A DNA stretch of 64,000 bases from Fibrobacteria bacterium. GTDB taxonomy: Bacteria > Fibrobacterota > Fibrobacteria > UBA11236. Made by a program: the position numbers and the translations under genes. Shown one piece after another: positions 58,036 to 64,000 of this stretch (within the stretch, counting starts at the first letter, position 1; each line of letters starts with the position of its first letter). The stretch lies in the NCBI GenBank assembly GCA_041746255.1, contig JBGTHM010000030.1, positions 1 to 64,000 of the forward strand, written 5' to 3'. Under the pieces are notes generated by a model, which ran no database searches, had not been told where the DNA came from, and saw nothing but the letters and a program-made list of their open reading frames with translations.

Positions 58036-59613
58036 CTAGTGGGCGCCAATACCGCGTATGCAGGAAAAAACCGTGCGTAGCAGAATGACCAGGTCCAGCA
58101 ACAAACTTTGGTTGTTGATGTAGTAGATGTCGTAGTCCATGTTTTCATGGATGGCGTTTTTACGGTCGGCGCTGATTTGCCACAGTCCGGTAATCCCCGG
58201 TTTCACGTTGAGGCGTTGGCGCTGGAGCTCGTTGTATTGCTGCACGATGAAAGGCATTTCCGGACGGGGCCCGACCAGACTCATGCTGCCGGTAAGCACA
58301 TTCCAGAGCTGAGGCAGCTCGTCCAGAGAGCTGCGGCGCAGGAATCGACCGATGGGAGTGATTCGGGTATCGTGTCCGTCCTGAGGCGTGAATGCATATA
58401 TCGGAGAGTCGACGTACATGGAACGGAATTTGTAAAAGCGGAATTTGCGTCCGTTCTTTCCCACTCGCTTTTGTACGAAAAACACCGGCCCTTTGCTGGT
58501 CAATTTAACGATGAGAGCCAACCCGAGAAGCAGGGGGCTGAGCGCAATCAGCAAAATAGCGGAGGCCATGATGTCGAAAATACGCTTGATGAGCATGGTC
58601 TTGAAGGAGTAAGTGGGTTCACTCACGCCGATAAGCGGAATGCCTTCGACTTCGGTGACCTTTACACGCTGTATCACGATATCGTAGAGGGAAGGAACGA
58701 TTTGAAAATCGCACCCGGTTTTACGGCAAACGTTGAGGATGTCGATGACCACTTTCGAAGGCACTTGCGGCAGGGCGATGAACAAACGCTTGGCGCCCGT
58801 TTCACGAATCACATTGATAAGAGTGGAGAAATCGCCGAGAACCGGGAACTCCTGAACCTGGCCCCGATGCATCTGGGGGCTATCGTCGATGAAACCCGCC
58901 ACATGGTAACCAAGCTTGGGAGATTGTTTGAATTTTTCCAGTAGCTTCCTGCCGACTACCCCTGCTCCATAAATCAGGACGGTGGTTTCGAAGAAACCCC
59001 TGCGGCGCAGGTAGTTGTTGAACTTGAAAAAGGCGTAACGTTGGAAAATCAGGAAGGTGAGCATGCAGCCCCAGGTGAGCACGAAAACGCCACGGCTGAA
59101 ATACAGTTGGTGGGCCAGATACAGAATCCCAAGGGTAGCCAGACAAGCTTTAATCCAAGTCTTGAGAATGAGTTCGAATTCGCGCACGTTCATGAGGCTG
59201 CGTTGCGGTTTGTAAAGACCATGGATTTCGAGTCCCAGCAGCGTAGTGACCAGAGTTACGGCAAGCAAGCTCGTATAGCGACTGAGCGATTCTTTTTCGT
59301 AGAGATCGATAGCGACATAGGGGCCCACCAAACTCCATAGCCAATAGCCCGCAAGGAAGCTGAGACAAATGGTGACGGCGTCCGCAGCTACTTGAATGAC
59401 AGTCAGTATTTGGCGGTAGTGAACCAGGTTTCGCAGAACACGGGTGGGTTGCGAAACCGGGCGATTTTGTGGCGGTATACTCAGGACTGATGACTCATCC
59501 GTAACCTGCGGATTTTTAAATACCGGTTCAGGCTCGCCGAGGGCGGGAGGGGTTTTCGTCGCTTCCGACGAAACGTCCGCTTTGACCTTAAGGTTTAGGT
59601 CGGTTATTTGCAT
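58036..59613 (-). CDS. Priming polyprenyl-phosphate glycosylphosphotransferase (WcaJ/WbaP-like)
   Basis: 4 TM plus CoA-binding-like domain; KRIFD, KFRSM, RITPIGRFLRRSSLDELPQLWNV, MSLVGPRPE, KPGITGLWQ and DIYYI motifs. Confidence 0.95.
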   Translation of the reverse strand: MQITDLNLKVKADVSSEATKTPPALGEPEPVFKNPQVTDESSVLSIPPQNRPVSQPTRVLRNLVHYRQILTVIQVAADAVTICLSFLAGYWLWSLVGPYVAIDLYEKESLSRYTSLLAVTLVTTLLGLEIHGLYKPQRSLMNVREFELILKTWIKACLATLGILYLAHQLYFSRGVFVLTWGCMLTFLIFQRYAFFKFNNYLRRRGFFETTVLIYGAGVVGRKLLEKFKQSPKLGYHVAGFIDDSPQMHRGQVQEFPVLGDFSTLINVIRETGAKRLFIALPQVPSKVVIDILNVCRKTGCDFQIVPSLYDIVIQRVKVTEVEGIPLIGVSEPTYSFKTMLIKRIFDIMASAILLIALSPLLLGLALIVKLTSKGPVFFVQKRVGKNGRKFRFYKFRSMYVDSPIYAFTPQDGHDTRITPIGRFLRRSSLDELPQLWNVLTGSMSLVGPRPEMPFIVQQYNELQRQRLNVKPGITGLWQISADRKNAIHENMDYDIYYINNQSLLLDLVILLRTVFSCIRGIGAH

Positions 59614-59964
59614 ACATTCTTAAGAAGTTTAAAAAAATAAACGCCGGTTACCATAGAAGCTAGATAAATTTCCCTATTACCCAAAAGTATTAATTGAAAA
59701 AATCTTTTCGATTCTACCCTTAGTCCAAATAAAAAACAAGTAAGGGTGATTAATTATTTTGCGAATTTTGGGTTTTGTGGTGGTAAGGTCCAGGCTGAAG
59801 CGTTTTCTCCCAGCCGACCGCGTAAGTAAGTATTATAATCTAATTCCAGCTCACCGGATAAGGGATTCGGGCCGTTGATAAATGAGCTGATGGGAAATAT
59901 CGGTTACTGGGTGGAACATGGCCCATTTTTTTCTCTATAGGGGGATTTACCCCGGGGTTAACCC

Positions 59965-60456
59965 ATGAAACTTACCATGCACTGGGGATGCTTCCTACTT
60001 GCCTATGCGACCGTTTTTGGCGGGAAGCAGAAGGTGGTGGTGATACTTAAGGAACCGTTACGCGCGGAAAATGTGGAAATCCGCCTCCCCGAATTAACCT
60101 CCGCGCGTGGAGAAGTCCGTGATCTGGAAAAAACCTTATGGTTGGGCGAACCCCTCCGTGAGGATCGGGCCGTCGAAGCGGTAGCCAAAAAGTCTCTGGA
60201 TTTGAAAATCCAAGCGACGGGTAGGCAAGGAGCCCAAATCACCCTGGTTCTACCGGATGCGGGCTATGTCGAGCTGACTCTGCGTGATTTTTATGGGAAA
60301 AATCTGCAATCTATCGCCGAGGGTCAATTTCAAGCGGGCACTTTTTCCTATCAAATGCGTTCCTCCACCGAGGAGGAAAAGCAGGGAATTCGTTTCTTAA
60401 CCCTTAAGGTAGACGGGCGGGTCGTTCTCAAAAAGGTGCTCACCCGGGTTCAATAG
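59965..60456 (+). CDS. Secreted protein consisting mainly of a T9SS C-terminal-domain-like fold
   Basis: Signal peptide; ITLVLP...VELTLRDFYGK...G.F..GTFS...GIRFLTLKVDG....KKV pattern. Confidence 0.65.
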   Translation: MKLTMHWGCFLLAYATVFGGKQKVVVILKEPLRAENVEIRLPELTSARGEVRDLEKTLWLGEPLREDRAVEAVAKKSLDLKIQATGRQGAQITLVLPDAGYVELTLRDFYGKNLQSIAEGQFQAGTFSYQMRSSTEEEKQGIRFLTLKVDGRVVLKKVLTRVQ

Positions 60457-60458
60457 CG

Positions 60459-62972
60459 ATGAGAAACCTCCGCAAAGATTTCGCCAAGCTTCTCTGCGTG
60501 TCGCTATTAGCGCCCGTCGTAGTGCATGCCTTGAACGGGTTCGAAGTCGAGGGGGGGCAGGTGGGGCAAAGAGTGCTTACCCTGGCCATAGACGATTCGG
60601 TGCGGCTCCCTGACCTTTCCAAACTCCAGGTAAGCGGTCATCAAATACAAGCGGCCGTCTTTATTGAAGAATACGATTTGCCCTTCGTCGTCTCCCCGAA
60701 TCTGGTGGACGCCGTCGCGGACCCCACGCTTCGGGTTATTCGACAGGTGCGGCCGGGCCTGTATGAATTCGAAAGTTCCGCCGGGTTTCTTCCCCGTCAG
60801 GGCATGATTCTCAGCGATACCGCATTGGGGGGAGTGTTGGTGCGGGTCAACCGATTCGAACCGACGCCAGGCAAGGGAGGATTCCGGCGCCGCTGGATGC
60901 TCGAAACCGTTCCGGCGGCATTGACCGACGCCATTTTTTCCTGTGATCTTTTTTTCAGCACCGATATTAATCTGAACTTGGCATTTCGCGAACGCAAAGG
61001 CTCGCGAGAGGTGGAGGATATCGGTACGGGCGCCGGGCTTCCCGAAAACGGTCTCCTGGAATTCTCGCTCTTGGATGGGAAGGTACTGGCCAGTCCCCGT
61101 TTAACGGGCCGCTTACGCATCAATGATGGGCGGGTTGAGGTCTTCACGTCCTCCGTTGAGGGAGAGTTCGAATATATCGGGAAAATGGAAAGCTCCCTGC
61201 AGGGTGTGGGAAATTATCGCCTTGAAGAAGCGCTTCCCGAAGGTATCGCTATCAACATCCCTCTCGAGAAGGGACTTTTCTTGCGAATTTCGCATCGAGC
61301 TCAATTCATCGTCGAAGCCTCTTCGATTACCGGTACTCTAACCGGGCGGGCGGGACTGGACCTGAAAAGCCGCGTTCGCAGTTCTCTCGATTTTGCCAAG
61401 GGCGAATGGAACCCGACCTCGCATTACACTCTTTTGCCCAATTCCAAAACCAGACAACACGTGGAAGGTGAGGGAAGCATGAAGCTTACACTGCAGTCCA
61501 ACCTTGACGTACGTCTTAACGGTCGCCAGGGTCCGGTGCACATTTTCGAGCCATACATGCGGTTATCTTCCGAGAGCCTGTCATCCGCCCCCGCATCCCC
61601 CTTCGACCCCGCCGGTCGCGGTACCAATCGTTTTGTCAATGTGGGATTACACTCCCACCTGTTTCTAGGAGTCAATCTGGATGGGGAGGCGGTCAGACGA
61701 AATTTCCAGGTATTTTCCCGGGAGCTGCCTTTCCTGGCTCCCCCGGCTCGAGGAGCACTTTCCCTGAGGGAGGTTGACTCGAGCCAGGCGGTGCTGGTTT
61801 ACCATGGTCCTCCCGGGGTGGAAGCTTTTCAAGTCCAGGTTTGGGAAGAAGGGCAATGGTGGAATTGGTCGGAATCACCCGGTCCCCGTATCCGGCTTTC
61901 CGGCCTGGCTCCGGGAAAAACCTATCGTGTGCGTGTCGTAGGCATCAACGCCATGGGTTCAGGTGAACCCTTTCCCCAGGATGGCCTGAGTTTCACCACT
62001 GCCCAAAGGAACCAACCTCCTTTTGTTCCCGAAGCTTATTTTCCGTATCCCGGCGCTTTAGCCGGCCAATTGAATATCGAACTTTCTTGGAAGGGGGGAG
62101 ACCCGGACGGCGATGAAGTCTTTTACGATGTTTATCTGGATACGTTGTTACCACCTAAACAGCAAGTGAGTCAGGGTATAAAGGATTCCAGCCATATCCA
62201 GGCAGGCTTAAAGCCTGGCACACGCTATTACTGGAAAATCGTGGCCAATGACGGAAATGTCGCAACCGAAAGTCCGACCTGGAGTTTTACCACCTTGGAG
62301 GCTCCCCAGGTAGCCAAGCCCCGGGTTCACCCGGAGCCCTCAGAGATGCTATTCCTGCCGGGTGGATCGTTTCTGAGAAAGGATGGAAGGCGCGTCGAGG
62401 TTCGCAAATTCTTCCTTCAGAAATATGAAGTGAATCAAGCGGATTTCCGCAAGGTGATGGGCATCAATCCTTCCCACCACCATAACGATGCCTACCCCGT
62501 AGAAAAGGTTTTGTGGGAAGAGGCTGCGACCTATTGTAGGGAAATCGGCGGCCGGCTTCCCACGGAAGCGGAGTGGGAATATGCGGCCCGCGCGGGGTTT
62601 TCCGGGGGCGATTTCTGGGGGAATCCAAATCCGGATCAATACGCCTGGTACTTCACCAATTCCAGTCAACGTACGCATAGGGTGGGCAAAAAAGATGCCA
62701 ATCCCTGGGGTTTGCATGATGTTCTGGGCAATGTCTCGGAATGGGTGCAAGATTGGTATGGAGAGTATTCTCCCGATGATCTGGATAACCCTACCGGGCC
62801 CGAAACGGGGACGACCAAGGTGGTTAGGGGCGCGAGCTGGTACAGTGAGCCGCAAAGCCTCAATCCCACCAAACGTTTCTCCAATCGTCCGGGCTTCCGG
62901 AATTATAAAGTGGGTTTCCGTTGCGCCGCCGACGTGGGATCCGACGACCGGATAAGTTCAACGGACGATTGA
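60459..62972 (+). CDS. Secreted multidomain protein with two FN3 domains and a C-terminal FGE-sulfatase (SUMF1-like) domain
   Basis: LAPGKTYRVRVVG and LKPGTRYYWKI (FN3); KYEV, RLPTEAEWEYAAR, NPWGLHDVLGNVSEW and GFRC (FGE). Confidence 0.88.
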   Translation: MRNLRKDFAKLLCVSLLAPVVVHALNGFEVEGGQVGQRVLTLAIDDSVRLPDLSKLQVSGHQIQAAVFIEEYDLPFVVSPNLVDAVADPTLRVIRQVRPGLYEFESSAGFLPRQGMILSDTALGGVLVRVNRFEPTPGKGGFRRRWMLETVPAALTDAIFSCDLFFSTDINLNLAFRERKGSREVEDIGTGAGLPENGLLEFSLLDGKVLASPRLTGRLRINDGRVEVFTSSVEGEFEYIGKMESSLQGVGNYRLEEALPEGIAINIPLEKGLFLRISHRAQFIVEASSITGTLTGRAGLDLKSRVRSSLDFAKGEWNPTSHYTLLPNSKTRQHVEGEGSMKLTLQSNLDVRLNGRQGPVHIFEPYMRLSSESLSSAPASPFDPAGRGTNRFVNVGLHSHLFLGVNLDGEAVRRNFQVFSRELPFLAPPARGALSLREVDSSQAVLVYHGPPGVEAFQVQVWEEGQWWNWSESPGPRIRLSGLAPGKTYRVRVVGINAMGSGEPFPQDGLSFTTAQRNQPPFVPEAYFPYPGALAGQLNIELSWKGGDPDGDEVFYDVYLDTLLPPKQQVSQGIKDSSHIQAGLKPGTRYYWKIVANDGNVATESPTWSFTTLEAPQVAKPRVHPEPSEMLFLPGGSFLRKDGRRVEVRKFFLQKYEVNQADFRKVMGINPSHHHNDAYPVEKVLWEEAATYCREIGGRLPTEAEWEYAARAGFSGGDFWGNPNPDQYAWYFTNSSQRTHRVGKKDANPWGLHDVLGNVSEWVQDWYGEYSPDDLDNPTGPETGTTKVVRGASWYSEPQSLNPTKRFSNRPGFRNYKVGFRCAADVGSDDRISSTDD

Positions 62973-63008
62973 TTTTTAGTATGCTTAGCCTCTGATGAGA
63001 GCTCCGAC

Positions 63009-64000
63009 ATGAGCCGGCTTAAGGCATTGGGTAAAGAATCGCTGATATACGGCGTATCTTCCATCCTCAGCCGCTTCCTCAATTTTCTTCTGGTTCCCTT
63101 TTATACCCATGTGCTCACCACCGCGGAATTCGGTGTCAGTTATATCATTTTCGCCTTCCTGGCCTTTCTGAATATCGTCTATCAATTCGGGCTCGATTCG
63201 GCCTACCTGCGCCTCGGCGCCGATGCCGAAGGGGATGCGCGCCGGAAAATCTTCTCCTCCGCCTTTTGGAGCCAGGCGGCGCTCATGGGCTGTTTGTCGA
63301 TAGGGCTTTATTTCCTCTTCCCTTCCCTAGGCCGCGCCTTTTTAGTGCCGGACGAATACCACCCGCTTTTGACCATCGCCATCGGAATTCTGATTCTCGA
63401 TACCTTGACGGTAACTCCCTTTGCGCACTTGCGCTTAACCCACAAGGCTTGGGCTTACGCGTCCATTCGTCTGGGCAACGTGCTTATCAACGTGGGCGCG
63501 AATCTGTATCTGGTACTGGTTTTGAAAATGGGCCTCATGGGAATCTTTCTTGCCAACCTGCTCGCCAGCGGGGTCACCTTGGCGTTACTCCTTCCCGTCA
63601 TCGTTTCGCAATTGCGGCTGCGGTGGTCGAAGCCGGAAATGCGGGCCTTGCTGCTGTTCGGCTTGCCGTTGGTTCCGGCCGGGCTGTACGGAATCGTGAA
63701 CGAAATGGCGGGCCGGCTGTTTCTCAAAATGCTCGGGCCCGACGACATCGCGCGTCTCTATCCCGGAAGCGGTTATACGGTGCTGGAGCTGACGGGGATT
63801 TTTTCGGCGGCCTGGAAGTTGGGCGTCTTCGGTTTGCTGTTGGTGCAGATGTACCGCATGGCCTGGCAGCCTTTCTTTTTGCAGCGCTATAAAGATGCCG
63901 ACGCGCCCCAGCTCTTCGGGCGCGTGTTGCGGGTTCTGACGCTTTTCGTATGTGGCGCCTCCATCGCCCTGATGCTTTTCCTCGACAAGCTGGTGGCGCT
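63009..64000 (+). CDS. Polysaccharide/oligosaccharide flippase (Wzx-like), 3'-truncated by the window edge
   Basis: Not in the ORF track because it has no stop in the window. ATG 63009 gives MSRLKALGKESLIYGVSSILSRFLNFLLVPFYT..., a typical Wzx N-terminus. Confidence 0.88.
   Translation, partial: MSRLKALGKESLIYGVSSILSRFLNFLLVPFYTHVLTTAEFGVSYIIFAFLAFLNIVYQFGLDSAYLRLGADAEGDARRKIFSSAFWSQAALMGCLSIGLYFLFPSLGRAFLVPDEYHPLLTIAIGILILDTLTVTPFAHLRLTHKAWAYASIRLGNVLINVGANLYLVLVLKMGLMGIFLANLLASGVTLALLLPVIVSQLRLRWSKPEMRALLLFGLPLVPAGLYGIVNEMAGRLFLKMLGPDDIARLYPGSGYTVLELTGIFSAAWKLGVFGLLLVQMYRMAWQPFFLQRYKDADAPQLFGRVLRVLTLFVCGASIALMLFLDKLVA

Overview
This 64-kb bacterial chromosomal window is most likely from Fibrobacterota. 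That is an inference from the acidic NusA N-terminal insertion, the OmpA with Cys-rich TSP3 repeats, 'YxLxGR'-type secretion tails and a Fibrobacter-like LexA box. The core is the conserved rimP-nusA-infB-rbfA-truB-ribF-rpsO-pnp-M16 peptidase operon (minus strand, 21.0-31.9 kb), followed by mazG, dprA and ftsB. The left part is accessory: a sigma54-driven lipoprotein, a clan GH-A hydrolase, a DODA dioxygenase, a RIO kinase with a disordered tail, a GAF-PAS sigma54 activator with its target operon (frameshifted ferritin-like diiron protein plus ArsM-like methyltransferase), SulP, a hybrid kinase, ZupT, OmpA, UbiA and a PQQ/GSDH dehydrogenase. The right part holds an HTH-PAS / pseudo-receiver-HATPase divergon, a beta-barrel OMP, a tightly coupled DUF4412-C39 peptidase-RimK-GCS2 amidoligase operon, MMPL, Mpg, GT4 plus a phosphodiesterase-EEP fusion, murG-dedA-purM and the start of a polysaccharide locus. 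I saw no rRNA, tRNA, IS element or CRISPR array. The most notable signals are (i) two copies of an unannotated two-hairpin element with C-rich loops and six compensatory base-pair changes flanking the first gene, (ii) the peptide ligase/peptidase operon with a slippery A7 at the C39/RimK junction, (iii) the sigma54 diiron/methyltransferase module, apparently decaying, (iv) a LexA-like box in the dprA promoter, and (v) a probable non-AUG start codon. All family assignments come from motif recognition by eye; no database searches were run.
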